Source of the DNA: Podarcis filfolensis
Taxonomy: Eukaryota
Assembly: GCA_964270895.1 (NCBI GenBank)
Contig: OZ185446.1
Direction: 5' to 3' (one strand)
Length of the DNA: 64,000 bases
The translations under genes were made by a program, and so were the position numbers. Below the pieces are notes generated by a model. That model worked only from the letters and a program-made list of their open reading frames with translations, made no database searches and was not told the DNA's origin. This document shows, piece by piece, positions 36,076-47,968 of this stretch. Numbering within the stretch: the stretch's first letter is position 1; the number at the start of each line of letters is the position of its first letter.

Positions 36076-38501
36076 GTCTGCTCTGTTGAATCACACATTT
36101 ATGACCCTGCTCGCCACCTTGGGTATTTATCAGAAAGTAAGCGTATAAATGCAGTAAGTGAATAAACAGATGATTATATGCTCCACGTGGATGAAAAGTT
36201 GCAGATGAAATATGACTGTTTGGAATAATCCTGTTGACTTCTGTGCCAGTGACTAAAAGCAGGGATGTATTAATGGTAGCATTTTTGCCCAACAGTACAA
36301 TTTCCCTTAATTTTCCAGATTCCAGATTATTTGCAATTTTATAGCCCAAGCAGATCTTGTGGTGTCTAAATTCAAGTACCCAATTTTGTGCTTCAATTCA
36401 TTTAAAGCTTTCTTTTAAACTGCTGACTCAGTGATCGCCTATTTCAATCCTAAAGGCAACAGAGGTCCATAGGTATGTTTCAATTATAATGTGGATTTAT
36501 TTTTATTTTTTTAAAAAAGACTTGTTCTACGGGAATAGCATTGTGGAAGATGTTTGAGGGTACTGGAACTGGTTCCTTCATGATTTTGCAGCCTAATTTC
36601 TCCTTAGTCTATCCATACTAGTTTTTACCTAAAGACATTGAGGGTGTATTCAGATGACTGGAAGCTCTAAGACTGGTACTCTAAGGTACCATGAGGTACC
36701 AATTGAACAAGTGCTACCTGTAACTTTGTGAGATTGTCACTGCAGCCTCCAAATATGTATTTTAGGCTCAGCATTATCACTTCTTCTGAATATCTTTGAA
36801 ATCAGGGGACATGACATGACTGGTCACACAAATCTCTTTCCCGTACGGTTACAGACCACACAATAAGCTTTCAGGCCAGTTATCTGTTGGCTCCTGACAG
36901 CCAGAGTAATCATCTCCTTCAGAACAATTCACCCCAAGGCCTCCATGATCCGCCACATGAGACCAATGACCCCAAAGGATTTCAAGAAAACAAAGGTTCC
37001 ATTTTGCATGTGGGGAGAATGCAACACACAGGGAGGAAGAAGAATGAGACAGAAGAACTAGGGGAATGTGAAGAACCAACAGAAGGGACAAACAGAGAAA
37101 CTGTAGTGGCAGTTTTCTGGGAGGGGAACATTGAGCCAAAGACTGGTTTTGGCAATATATTGATATGTAGCCCTTAACTCTGGGGGACACGACACACTAC
37201 TTGTTCCTGCCCAGGTATCATGTAACATTTTGAATTCCCTTGTCTGTAAGAACTCAGAAGTAATTCCAGTAACACTACTAGTGCCTATATAAATACACAT
37301 TTCATATACCAGCTTTCATATACCAGAGGTGAATTTTATATATAATCGTAAGGAAAGCTGTTCACCCTGAACTCTGATTAGACAAACCTAGTAATTTTTT
37401 TAAAAAAAACACATCAGCAGTGGAAACGCTCATGTATTCTAAAATTACATCTGGACCTAAAACAAAAAAAGGCTTCCAATTACTTTGAAGAAGACAGTTG
37501 TTTATGGATTGATTCACCATTCCACAGATTCTGCTCCAAATCCAGCCTTTTTGCAATCCAGAGTTGAGAATGATTCAAATACAGACACGGAATGCTTCTG
37601 ATTTGGTTTCAAATAGGCCTCTAAAGCACAGGCTGCAAAAGCTGCAATCCTAACTCGCAAAGAGTTCTACCGATTCCAAAAGCAAGTGAACCCGGAAGTT
37701 AGAAAGCATCTGCAACCAGGGGGTGCTGGAGCAAAGTGGTGCATTCTTCCATTCCCTCCACCTTCTGTTGGAGCAGAGACAGGCAGTGTGCAAGATACAT
37801 GATCGTTGTGGCATGAGGAATTTCCCAGTGCTTCTGGCTTAGCACGAGAACATCAGCTTGGAAGCAATGGAAGCACGTTGACAGCCTTAAGAGGTCAGCA
37901 GTCCTCTGTCACCATGGTATGTGAGCATGGGGCAGATTCTTCGTTTCAACTGATGTGGAAGGATGCAGCCAATTGCTTCAACATGATGAAAGCGGGTGGT
38001 TACTTGTGACCTGGTAACACCCTGGGTTCTGGGTATGATTTAACCTGCAAGGAAGACTTGCACTAAAATGGAAGCGTGGCTTTGCAAATCCTGGCTACGT
38101 TTTACAGCCACGAGACTGAACGCTACTATTGCTTTTGTTGATTCGACCTGCGGTCGTTTCGCCGGTAAGGAAAAGCTCTGAACTATTCAGCCCAACAGTA
38201 CCAAACGCCACAGCTACGGCTCTTGGAACCACCGCTATGTATGGCCTGCCACACAGCAAACACGGTGAGATCCAGCTGTCATCAGGACAGTCACAATCTC
38301 GCCTGAATGTATAGCACCTTTGCGTTTAAACATGAGCAAGCATTCAAATAGTAATAGTAATAAAAGTGTATAAAAAAGGAAGCTTCGAGTCCCTTCCCAA
38401 GCATGGAAAAACACAAAGAAACAGAATAGCTTTCTGGGGATAAAAAGCTATGTTAGCGGACACAATCCCTGAATTTGCGAGGCACCGCGTGGGGCTGGCA
38501 A

Positions 38502-38699
38502 TCACACCACTTCGTCCGACTCCAGCCCGTGTTCGTCATACAGTGCGTCCAAGATGCAGAGCTGGTTCTCCATGGCCGGTAGGTAGATGTCGAGGTCCCT
38601 TTGCATTCCGTTGTAAAAAGCTTCTTCCTGGTTCTCGCACTCTTCGAGAGAGAGCGCAGCCACAAAGTCTGCGTAAGTCGGAGATGCCCTTAGCGCGAG
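38502..38699 (-). CDS. PLEKHA8: PLEKHA8 (FAPP2) exon 14, 198 nt, end of GLTP domain: LALRASPTYADF...HGLESDEVV-stop
   Basis: Acceptor at 38701-38700, TGA at 38504-38502; C-terminus HGLESDEVV matches recalled human PLEKHA8. Confidence 0.97.
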   Translation of the reverse strand, partial: LALRASPTYADFVAALSLEECENQEEAFYNGMQRDLDIYLPAMENQLCILDALYDEHGLESDEVV

Positions 38700-38934
38700 C
38701 TGCAAGGAACAGAAGCGAAGGAGATCCACATGGTGTCTTGTGATTTTAACTATTGTGCACAAAGACTGGGAAGGGTGCGGCGGGAGATAAGCAAACTCTT
38801 AGGTGGGCGTGACTCTTTGAAAGGCAGCAAAGAGTCCTGCAAAATAATGAAGACCTAACAAATGTGTATGGTGGAACAAGAGACTATGGATTCCTCCAGA
38901 CAGGTGTTTTATTGCGGTTGCATTCTGCAACAAA

Positions 38935-39160
38935 ATAAGTACCTCGGAAGTCGAACGCCCTGCAAGTCGAACGTTTTGGTTCCCCAACGCCGCAAACCAG
39001 TTTGCGAACATTCTTTGGAACCCAAACGTCTGATGGTGTTTCCACGGCTTCCGATTGGCTGCAGGAGTTTCCTGCAGCCAATCAGAAGCCGCGACTTGGT
39101 TCCGGAACGTTCTGGAAGTCAAACAGGTGGATTCCGTTCGACTTCTGAGGTACGACTGTA
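38935..39160. mobile_element. Tc1/mariner-type MITE, family 1
   Basis: Internal sequence matches 31336-31575; right end GAGGTACGACTG|TA. Confidence 0.75.
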
Positions 39161-39295
39161 GAGCATTGGTGGTGAATTTATTCCGCTTTATTAGTTGGTT
39201 CTGTGACACTTCCCCAGTGCTACCATGCTACTGCTGTCGGGAGGGGTTCTAGTTCAACAAAAGCAGAACAAAAATAAAGCTGAATATTTGTGGTA

Positions 39296-39690
39296 TATTA
39301 TTATTAGTAGTAGTAGTAGTATTAGTATTTGTACTCCGCCCATCTGAGTGGGTTGCCCTAGCTACTCTGGGCGGCTTCCAACGGAATATAAAAACATAAT
39401 AAAATATCAAACATTAAAAACTTCCCTATACAGGGCAGCCTTCAGATGTCTTCTAAAAGTTGCATAGTTACTTATCTCCTTGGCATCTGGTGGGAGGGCG
39501 TTCCACAGGGCAGGTGCCACTACCGAGAAGGCCCTCTGCCTGGTTCACTTCTCACAGTAAGGGAACTATCAGAAGGTCCCCAGAGCTGGACCTCAGTGTC
39601 TGGGCTAAATTACAGGGGTGGAGACTCTCCTTCAGGTATACAAGGCCAAGGCCATTTACGGCTTTAAAAGTCAACACCAACACTTCGAAA
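39296..39690 (-). mobile_element. L2-type LINE 3' fragment
   Basis: Reverse complement aligns by eye with 60630-60933; (TAG/TAT)n tail. Confidence 0.75.
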
Positions 39691-40257
39691 AGTTGCAGGA
39701 TACACCAATATGCAGCTTCACTACAAACAGTACCAAAAGTGGGCTTGCATATGACAGCTCCTATGGGTGCAAGTCTTCATAAATGCGCAGTAAAAAGCAT
39801 GTCTGGAGGGAGCCCTAGCCTACCCCACAGGGCTGTTGTGAGGATAAATGGGAAGTGGGAGAACCATGCCTTGAGCTTTTTGGAGGAAAGGTGGGATATA
39901 AATGTAGCAATATATAAATGTTCTGTGCTACTACTTCCAAATCCCCACGTACCCCTGATTCTGCTCAAGAGTCAACCCACAAGTAAGTATGTTGCATTCT
40001 TATACTGAAAAAGACTAACAGCAGCACACGCCAAAATCCCAATTTTTATCCAAATCCCAAAACAACACAACCACAACTGGCTTGCGCAGAGTCCCAGCAT
40101 CATTTCTCACATCAAACAGCAGAGGGGGCTGCCAACTTAGACCCATTTACTCAGGAGGAAGTCACAATGAATTCAATAGGGCTTATTCCTGTGTAGGCAT
40201 GGATAAAGAAGAGAGGGAAGGAAGAAAAGAATTCTGTCCTCCATTCCCTGAAAAATA

Positions 40258-40515
40258 CCATATTTTTGCTCTATAAGACGTACCAGATCATAAGACGCAC
40301 CTAGTTTTTGGAGGAGGAAAACAAGAAAAAAAATATTCTGAATCTCAGAAGCCAGAACAGCAAGAGGGATCGCTGCGCAGCGAAAGCAGCGATCCCTCTT
40401 GCTGTTCTGGATTCTGGGATAGCTGCACAGCCTGCATTCCTTCCATAAGACGCACACACATTTCCCCTTACTTTTTAGGAGGGAAAAAGTGAGTCTTATA
40501 GAGCAAACAATACGG
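40258..40515. mobile_element. Tc1/mariner-superfamily MITE (CCGTA...TACGG termini)
   Basis: TA|CCATATTTTTGCTCTATAAGACG ... TCTTATAGAGCAAACAATACGG|TA; family member at 47622-47968. Confidence 0.85.
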
Positions 40516-40520
40516 TATAT

Positions 40521-40647
40521 GCTGGTTAAAGCGTGGTGTCAAGGATGCAGGTTCGATCCCTGTATGGGACAGTTGCATATTCCTGCATTGCAGGGGGCTG
40601 GACTAGATGATCCTCAGGGTCCCTTCCAAATATAATTCTATGATTCT
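40521..40647 (+). mobile_element. tRNA-derived SINE with CR1-type tail (Squam3-like)
   Basis: B-box GGTTCGATCCC followed by TTCCTGCATTGCAGGGGG.TGGACTAGATGA...TTCTATGATTCT. Confidence 0.7.
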
Positions 40648-40995
40648 GTCATTGAGTAGCCAGCCTCCTGCCCATAAAACAACTTTATTCTTGGTAAGCT
40701 TCTGAAATACCAGAGGTAAGTCAATGGCAATACTGCTGACAGCAGGGGAGGGGGGCCTGTGACTACAACTCCCATCATCTCTGACCAATGGCAAGGGCTG
40801 ATTGGAGTTGGAGTCCAAGCCTCTGCTGGCTTACAGTGTCTGTGTGAACTAGCTAGCAGTCAGATGTAAAGATCAGAAAACCAGTTCATTGCAATACATG
40901 AATATATCCAGAGCGCGTGTATACGATCTGTAAAATAACTGAGTTTAAAGAAATCTACTCTTACGATCACCGTTAACTAAAAAAAGCTCACTCAC

Positions 40996-41057
40996 CGCAA
41001 AAACTCCTCGGACAACCCAGCCGTGGTATTGTCGTAACGTTTTGCCGTAAGCATTAT
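40996..41057 (-). CDS. PLEKHA8: PLEKHA8 exon 13, 62 nt: (N)NAYGKTLRQYHGWVVRGVFA
   Basis: AG/GT boundaries; GLTP-domain motif. Confidence 0.97.
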
Positions 41058-41318
41058 CTGTAATTTGACAGAAAGGGGGGTGGGGGTAAACATTTTGTAA
41101 GATGCTGCGCAGCGGATAAGTTTTTGAGGCCGTCTCAGGGGCTTGGAACAAACGTTCCTTCTTAAAGCAAACATGTTTAATTTCCAAGTATGATTTTCAT
41201 TATAAACATCGCTCTCGCTGAGTACATGTGATGATGTGAGTGAATTAAGCCAGTTTCCCCTCTGCCACCCTCGAAAATGTGGAGTTCCATAGTTTTCCGC
41301 AAAATATTCTGCACTTAC

Positions 41319-41389
41319 TCAGTGCTGTTTGAATATTCTTCTCTCCATTCTTTAGCTCTTTCAAAAACTCCTTCAGAAATTTTAAACCC
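41319..41389 (-). CDS. PLEKHA8: PLEKHA8 exon 12, 71 nt: (R)GLKFLKEFLKELKNGEKNIQTAL
   Basis: AG/GT boundaries, phases consistent with neighbouring exons. Confidence 0.96.
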
Positions 41390-41753
41390 CTGTTTGGAAT
41401 GAGGGAACGAAGTTAGAGCACATACTGTCGCTTGAAATTGTTACTTTAAAATACAGTTTTTTATAGAAAATATGAAAAGTGGGATATTGGGTAGGGGGGA
41501 ACCCCATTCTGGTTGCCAATGTTAACAGTGTTGCTCAAAAGGCAGTGACCAGAAAGGGTTTATTAAACATTTATTTTTTAAAAATATCTTTAATGGATAA
41601 TCTTTAATGGATATTGTGCCTAATAAAGAAAATAAAAGAGAAGCTGCCACTGCAAAGGTTATAAAGTACGCTGAGCCTCAAACGGCTGTTCAGGTGAATC
41701 ACACCTTCTCCAGCCACAGCAGCTATGTCACACCCACAGGTGTGGATAAAGGA

Positions 41754-42002
41754 CAGTGGTACTCGGAAGTCAAACAGAATCCGTTCCGGAGGTCCGTTCA
41801 ACTTCCAAAATGTTCAGAAACCAAGGCGCGGCTTCCAATTGGCTGCAGGAAGCTCCTGCAGCCAATTGGAAGCCACGGAAGTTGCGTCAGACGTTTGGGT
41901 TCCAAAGAACGTTCACAAAGCAGAACAGTCACTTCTGGGTTTGCGGCGTTCGGGAACCAAAATGTCTGAGTCACGAGGCGTACAGGATCCAAGGTATGAC
42001 TG
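41754..42002. mobile_element. Tc1/mariner-type MITE, family 1
   Basis: Inverted homologue of 31336-31575. Confidence 0.78.
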
Positions 42003-42099
42003 TGCAGCAGAATGCAGATACTGAAAAAATGTAGCATCCGCAATAGTGTGAAAAGTCAGTTGCAATTCTGGTTTGTGTGTGTGTGTGTGTGTGTGTGTG

Positions 42100-42510
42100 T
42101 TAATATTTTATTGGAATAATTTCAATATAAAGAAATAAATTGATACACAGAAAAAGGGGGGGGAGAAAAAAGAACAAGAATGTGCAAATACATACATACA
42201 CACACACGTACAATGTAGTATGCACCCATACATTCTTATATAAATTGACATTATGTTACTATCCTAATACATTTGTTGTTGTTGTTTAGTCGTTTAGTCG
42301 TGTCCGACTCTTCGTGACCCTAATACATATGTAGATATTAATAGCCTGCTACATCCTGTATAAACTCATTCCAAATGTTGTCATATTTATCCAAACAAAG
42401 TCTACGTCTGAAAGCTGTGAGTGTGGTTATACTGTCAATCCACTGGTTAAAGGGTATCCTATCTTTATTCTTCCAATTCCTCAGTATCAGTCTCTTGGCC
42501 ACCATTAGGG
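42100..42510 (-). mobile_element. Old L1 3' fragment
   Basis: Minus strand translates to LMVAKRLILRNWKNKDRIPFNQWIDS, an L1 ORF2 C-terminal pattern; (TG)n at 42075-42099 abuts the tail. Confidence 0.65.
42273..42318 (-). mobile_element. 46-bp 3' end of an RTE/BovB LINE
   Basis: GTTGTTGTTGTTTAGTCGTTTAGTCGTGTCCGACTCTTCGTGAC flanked by 10-bp TSD CCTAATACAT (42263-42272 and 42319-42328). Confidence 0.8.
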
Positions 42511-43001
42511 CTTCTTGGCCTTTGGGCTAAGATCAAGCGCAGTTGCAAATTCTGTTTGTAGTTTACAGGAAAACCCACCTACCCCTCTGTCTGTGAGCAG
42601 CCTCAATATGCTTGAAAGCAGGTTGAGAGAACCTCTGAACAATTGGTGTAAGTTCTATTTATGTCTAACACCTGTACTGAGCCCTTTTCAGTTCACCGAG
42701 GGTGGAGAATTCACTAGCCAGACGAAGGAAAGGGAGTCCACAGGAGGTAGGCCCCAGACCATGTTTACTGTCACCAGTGATCATTAAATGTGCCCTTTGC
42801 ATACTTCTAGAATCCAAATTAAAAAGCAATAACTGGGTTATATCTAGTGTTAGTCGTAGAGATGCACTACGAAAACCAACAAACTTAAGTCTGTTGCTTT
42901 CAATTGGTATGACTTAGCTGGATATTTGGTTTTGGCCCAAAATGGATCTTGGTTAGCAGTGCAACCAGCCTCACCCATGTCCCAAAAATTAGACAACCTA
43001 C

Positions 43002-43132
43002 CTTTTCAGCCAGAGGAGGGCCTGCGTGGCAGAGTTTCTAAGTGCTGCCTCTTCAGAGCTCAGTTCGTGTAGGACAATTTTCTGAAGAGTGGTGAACTCC
43101 TCTTTGTTGGTTATGTATTTCTGATTTATTTT
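43002..43132 (-). CDS. PLEKHA8: PLEKHA8 exon 11, 131 nt: KINQKYITNKEEFTTLQKIVLHELSSEEAALRNSATQALLWLK(R)
   Basis: AG/GT boundaries; GLTP signature SAT-ALLWLKR. Confidence 0.97.
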
Positions 43133-43250
43133 CTAGACGGGAGAGAGAACCAGATCACATACTTTGGCGTTTGGTATTTCTGGCAGGCCCATACCCAGAA
43201 ATTATATAGTGAGGGGCGTCTGACAGGGAAGGAACAGAAGACACTTGCCA

Positions 43251-43610
43251 GGTAAAGGTAAAGGTAAAGGGACCCCTGACCATTAGGTCCAGTCGTGGCC
43301 GACTCTGGGGTTGCGGCGCTCATCTCGCTTTATTGGCCGAGGGAGCCGGCGTACAGCTTCTGGGTCATGTGGCCAGCATGACTAAGCCGCTTCTGGCAAA
43401 CCAGAGCAGCGCACAGAAACGCCGTTTACCTTCCCGCCGGGGCGGTACCTATTTATCTACTTGCACTTTGCCGTGCTTTCGAACTGCTAGGTTGGCAGGA
43501 GCTGGGACCCAGCAACGGGAGCTCACTCCGTCGCGAGGATTTGAACCACCGACCTTCTGATCGGCAAGTCCTAGGCTCTGTGGTTTAACCCACAGCGCCA
43601 CCCGCGTCCC
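43251..43610 (-). mobile_element. Sauria SINE, full length, subfamily A
   Basis: Reverse complement of the 9723 and 21764 copies; (ACCTTT)n tail. Confidence 0.94.
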
Positions 43611-44192
43611 AGGTAGGGTGGAGCAAATTCCCGCACTGCATCTCAATTAGGAACCACATAGCTTGGTCCAATTAAATGGTTTCTTGGGGAAAGTAACATC
43701 TGGAAAAGAGCCACACGGTCCACCCTAACAATGTGGCTCTTGGATTCAAATACTCAGCTGCAAGGCATCTCGCCATGGCAAATGGCAGAGGATAAGCAAG
43801 GCCTCATGGAAGAATGTCTCTGGACTCATGGTCAAGTAAATAAATAAAAATACTTAACTAAAAGTAGAAATGATCAGAATATCTGAAATGTTTTGAGAGA
43901 TTTTTCTGAGCACTTGGGGCCAGAAGAAAGTAACTGAAAACAACTGTTGTTGAGACATTTCGTTCCAAATCTGCTTGGCAGAACCAGACAGAGGATGACG
44001 ACAGGAGGTGCCCAGTCCCTCCCCCAACATAAATCCTGGTTGAGCCCATGTCTGGAGAAGCACATAAAGAACCATGCACAGAGTGACTTCCCTTCCCTTT
44101 TCTGAACAGCACCTGCAAGATTATTTCAGCATCTTTTTTTCATTTTTAAAATACTTATCATTAAGAACTGAATGTTAAGCTGAAGCCATTAC

Positions 44193-44251
44193 CTTGATGT
44201 TCCCTTCAAAATCCATTTTAACGGGAGCAAAGACTGTGGGCCCAAGTTTGT
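44193..44251 (-). CDS. PLEKHA8: PLEKHA8 exon 10, 59 nt: (D)KLGPTVFAPVKMDFEGNIK
   Basis: AG/GT boundaries; GLTP glycolipid-recognition motif VKMD..GNI. Confidence 0.97.
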
Positions 44252-45258
44252 CTAGGAGAAAGAAGATGAGTTTTCAAGACCTCAAAGGTCAGCTTTAGCT
44301 TCCACCTACTCAAGCTGGATAACAGGCAACAGGGCAGAAAGGATTGAGCACCTCTGATTTTTCTTGAAAGCATTCAAAGGCATGAAAGAAGCTGAAGGAG
44401 GAGCTGGGTTAAGAACACAAGAATATCTGCACCCCTATAAAGCAGGGCTTCCCCTCCATTTTGTAACCAAAAGGAGTTCTTGTCTAGGATGATGATTTGG
44501 GTAACTCAATGACTTTTCACTGGATCAAAGGCAAGCACAAAGTCCCAGACAGCTTAAAAGGCAAGCCATCGGGTACATTCACTGTAAAATAAGAGGTTTG
44601 TGCTGGTTATATTTATAAGATTTGTTGTTGTTGTTTTTTTGTTCTTACATCCTACTTTCTTCCATCATAACACTCAAGGTGGTAAGCATGCGGTTTATTC
44701 TCTCTTTTGGGGCAAGGATGCCCAAACAACACACTGCTCTGTTCACATAACACAATGGTTCCATTTCAACACTTCACTTATCATGTGAACAAGACTAGTC
44801 TCTTCCTGGGTTCACGCATTCCACCACCCACTGTCTTCATCCAACATAGCTGGGTGTAGTTCTTTGGAGGTTTTTTGTTTTTTTTGTTAGCCACAGCTTG
44901 TTGTGTTGCCCAAATCCAGTAAACTGTGGTTAATATTAACTACGGTTTCTGAAGCTAACTAACCTCAATTAAGATTAACTGCATTTTAGGGGGTCTGAAT
45001 GATATGGCAAGCTCTGGTTATCAAAAGCAAAAGCTTATGAACTTATTGCTGCTGACCATGAGGGAGGAGAAGAGGGGTTGGAGGAAGAGAGGTGAAAGGA
45101 AGAGCACACAAGCTTGGTAAAAATAGGCTAGATTCATTGATGTCTCACTAAGCCACACTCTATCATTATGTTCTTAATGGAATCACTAAGGCTTCAATAG
45201 CAAACCAGAGATATTCACTGTGCAACATATGCCACGGAGGAAACAAGCAATCACATAC

Positions 45259-45344
45259 CCAAGACTGGAACTATTTCATTACAAGATTGTAGGAATTCTT
45301 CTGTGGGTATACCTCCATCCTCAAAAAGCTTGATATCACTAAAC
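45259..45344 (-). CDS. PLEKHA8: PLEKHA8 exon 9, 86 nt: (R)FSDIKLFEDGGIPTEEFLQSCNEIVPVL
   Basis: AG/GT boundaries; start of GLTP domain. Confidence 0.96.
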
Positions 45345-45868
45345 CTTTGGGGAAGAACACAAAGAGCACATTAAGAATTCCAAGGTCACACTGCAGTCAG
45401 AGGCAATGGGCTAATTCCACTTTAATCCTATTTCAAAGCCATTTATGTTATTCGTCTTCACAACTGGGATAACGCTGAAATGATACAACTGGAGAAACCC
45501 ACAGAGTGGGAAAGTGCTTTTCAGGTGGACCAAGAATCTGATTACATGCATTTTATAAAAGAGATCAACATAATGTTAATAATATCCATGTCCAGAAATG
45601 TATGCACTTGCATGCTCCCGTGTCACCTAGATATTCATATTTGTCTGCAACCGATAAAACTGATTTGTTGCTGTGTGACAGACATCCAAATATTACTGTA
45701 GACAATACGAATCTAGAAGGACCACTGGTCAGACTCAGTAGATAGCAGCTTCCCATGTCTCCAAAGCCTGCCCTTGCCTTCTGTACAGAAAACTGAGGAT
45801 GTAGCGCAAATTCACCCCCTTAATGGACCATTCCTTAAGGTTCTCCATGCAATTTCTGTCCAGGTGGC

Positions 45869-46265
45869 CATAGCTGTCAACTTACAGATTTGAAAATAAG
45901 GGACCAGCAGCCTCGAAAATAAGGGATCAGCAACCAAAATAAGTGATTTTCCTAGCACAGGTATGTTCAACTTCTGAGCCCCTCTGAGCCAAAGGCAGAA
46001 AGCCCAGCCAGCAGCCAAACAAAGCCTCAAGCGGTGGTTCCCACAGCACAGCAACCCAGCAAAGGGGATGCAGCAAGGAAAACCACCGTCACCTCTCCGC
46101 TGGGAAGCGCTGAGCAAAGGCAAGTCCCAGCAGGGAGGGAGGGAGAGGAGCTGCTTCCTTTGAAACCCGAGAAATTTAAGGGACATCATCAATAAGGGAC
46201 AGCAGCGGGACACAGCGCTGGGATAAGGGACTTTCCCACCAAATAAGGGACGGTTGACAGCTATG
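45869..46265. mobile_element. hAT-type MITE
   Basis: 13-bp terminal inverted repeat CATAGCTGTCAAC/GTTGACAGCTATG; 8-bp TSD CAGGTGGC/CAGGTGGT. Confidence 0.85.
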
Positions 46266-46280
46266 CAGGTGGTGCATTAC

Positions 46281-46446
46281 CTAATGCTCATAGCGCTGAA
46301 AAAAGTAGGTAAAGCTTTGTCTGATTTCTCTTCCAATTGCAATGCTGTTGATCTTTTTGCCGATTCCACTACAGGCTTTAAAGATTTGTCGTCTTGATTG
46401 TCCTCTTTTGGCAGCAGCTTGTCCTCTCCTTCATCATTGCCACCAC
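46281..46446 (-). CDS. PLEKHA8: PLEKHA8 exon 8, 166 nt: (G)GGNDEGEDKLLPKEDNQDDKSLKPVVESAKRSTALQLEEKSDKALPTFFSAMSI
   Basis: Donor GT 46280-46279. The acceptor at 46448-46447 is the only AG that keeps frame, because an in-frame TAA lies just upstream. Ends with the conserved PTFFS. Confidence 0.85.
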
Positions 46447-46687
46447 CTTGGATTTAAAGGGAGAGACATCTTCAGAAAACTAAACTTGGTGACCTGGCTC
46501 TGAATGTAAACAAAAGGGGGGGGGGAGACTGTGGTGGATTTTATATCTTCTGTATCGTTAAATGTCCTGTTTTGCAGGCATGCTTCCTCGCTCATCTGTG
46601 CAGCTTCTCATCTGTACAAAATCTGAACGGGAAAACTTTTGAGATGGATGTAGCTTGCCGAAATCTGTCTCTGGATTTATGCATAGC

Positions 46688-46895
46688 CAGTGTGGTGTAG
46701 TGGTTAGAGTTTCAAGACTCAGAACAGGGAGACTTGGGTTCAAATCCCCCACTCAGTCTTGGGCCAGTCAGTATCTCTTGGCAGAACCTTACTTTATCTG
46801 TGAGGTAACTTTGCTTCATGAGAATAAAAGGGGAGCGGGAGAGAGTTGTTTATACTGCCCTGAGATTCTCAGAAGGGCAGGACAAACATGAAATA
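46688..46895 (+). mobile_element. MIR/CORE-type SINE
   Basis: tRNA-like head GTGTGGTGTAGTGGTTAGAG...GGGTTCAAATCCCCAC. Confidence 0.6.
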
Positions 46896-47103
46896 ATACA
46901 GACTTCAGAATGACTGCCATCAGTGGCTTTCTCAATTTCTTTTTCCCCAAGAGTATACAGAAGTTTCAAATTACACACTTGTTGCATTAAATCACAATAA
47001 TAATTGATATGCTCCATTTAGACGGACGGAACACTGGTTAAAAACCCAAAAAGTGGACGAGTCAACACCATTGATTCTGAATAATAACCACTGATGAATT
47101 TAC

Positions 47104-47249
47104 CTGCCAAATCATCCTTGATCGTGTTTGTGCAGTCCATCTTGCCAGTTTTCAGGGGGTCAGGGGTCAGTTTATCAATCAGGGATCGCTCATGAAGGTT
47201 GGTGTTTGCATACAGAGATCCGTTTTCACAGTTTTTTAATTCCATCTTC
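47104..47249 (-). CDS. PLEKHA8: PLEKHA8 exon 7, 146 nt: (R)KMELKNCENGSLYANTNLHERSLIDKLTPDPLKTGKMDCTNTIKDDLA
   Basis: AG/GT boundaries; MEL..CENGSL matches the recalled human linker. Confidence 0.9.
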
Positions 47250-47621
47250 CTGGGAGGAACAAAAGAAAAGAACCTTGTTTGTTCAATAAAGTTTGTTGTT
47301 GTTTTAAACAGAATTATCTGATTACAGTTTTTGAACAATATAATTTCTCCGAACTATCCAGAATGGGGTTGCCGCTTACCTCAGTGGGTTTCGCTCAGAA
47401 GTGCGGAAGGCAGGACACAGCGGAGATGGCCTTGTGCCACTTCATGCCAGTCACAATTCCCAGAATACTTTGGGAGTGATGTAACGCAATGTGGCTTCAC
47501 TCCCAAGGCATCCCAGGATTGGGGCAGGAAGTCACAAAATCGGTTTACTTTTTAAAAGGAGCTCAGTAGCCTCTAATATGTATTTTTAGTGTACATATTC
47601 AGGTTTTTTAAAAAATATATA

Positions 47622-47968
47622 CCGTATTTTTCGCTCTATAAGACACACTTTTCCCCTCCTAAAAAGTAAGGGGAAATGTGTGTGCGTCTTATGGAGCGAA
47701 TGCAGGCGGGAGGCTCTGCTCAGCGCTCCCTTTAAAGAGCCCCGTGGAGCGTGTGTGCGGCTCTTGGGGGCTTTTCCCCGAGGAGGGAGAAGGGCAGCCA
47801 CACACACACTCTGCGCGCTCTTTAAAGGGAGCGTGGTTCTTGGGGGAGCCTTAGCCGTGCACAGCCTCTCCCGGGCAGGGGATTCAGAATATATTTTTTC
47901 CTGTTTTCCTCTTCCAAAAACTAGGTGCTTCTTATGGTCTGGTGCGTCTTACAGAGCGAAGAATACGG
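47622..47968. mobile_element. Tc1/mariner-superfamily MITE (CCGTA...TACGG termini)
   Basis: TA|CCGTATTTTTCGCTCTATAAGAC ... GTCTTACAGAGCGAAGAATACGG|TA. Confidence 0.88.

Noticed and set aside
46480-46501. Alternative upstream acceptors for PLEKHA8 exon 8 (46500 and 46480)
   Set aside because: Both lead to in-frame stops or the wrong phase; only 46447 keeps the reading frame.
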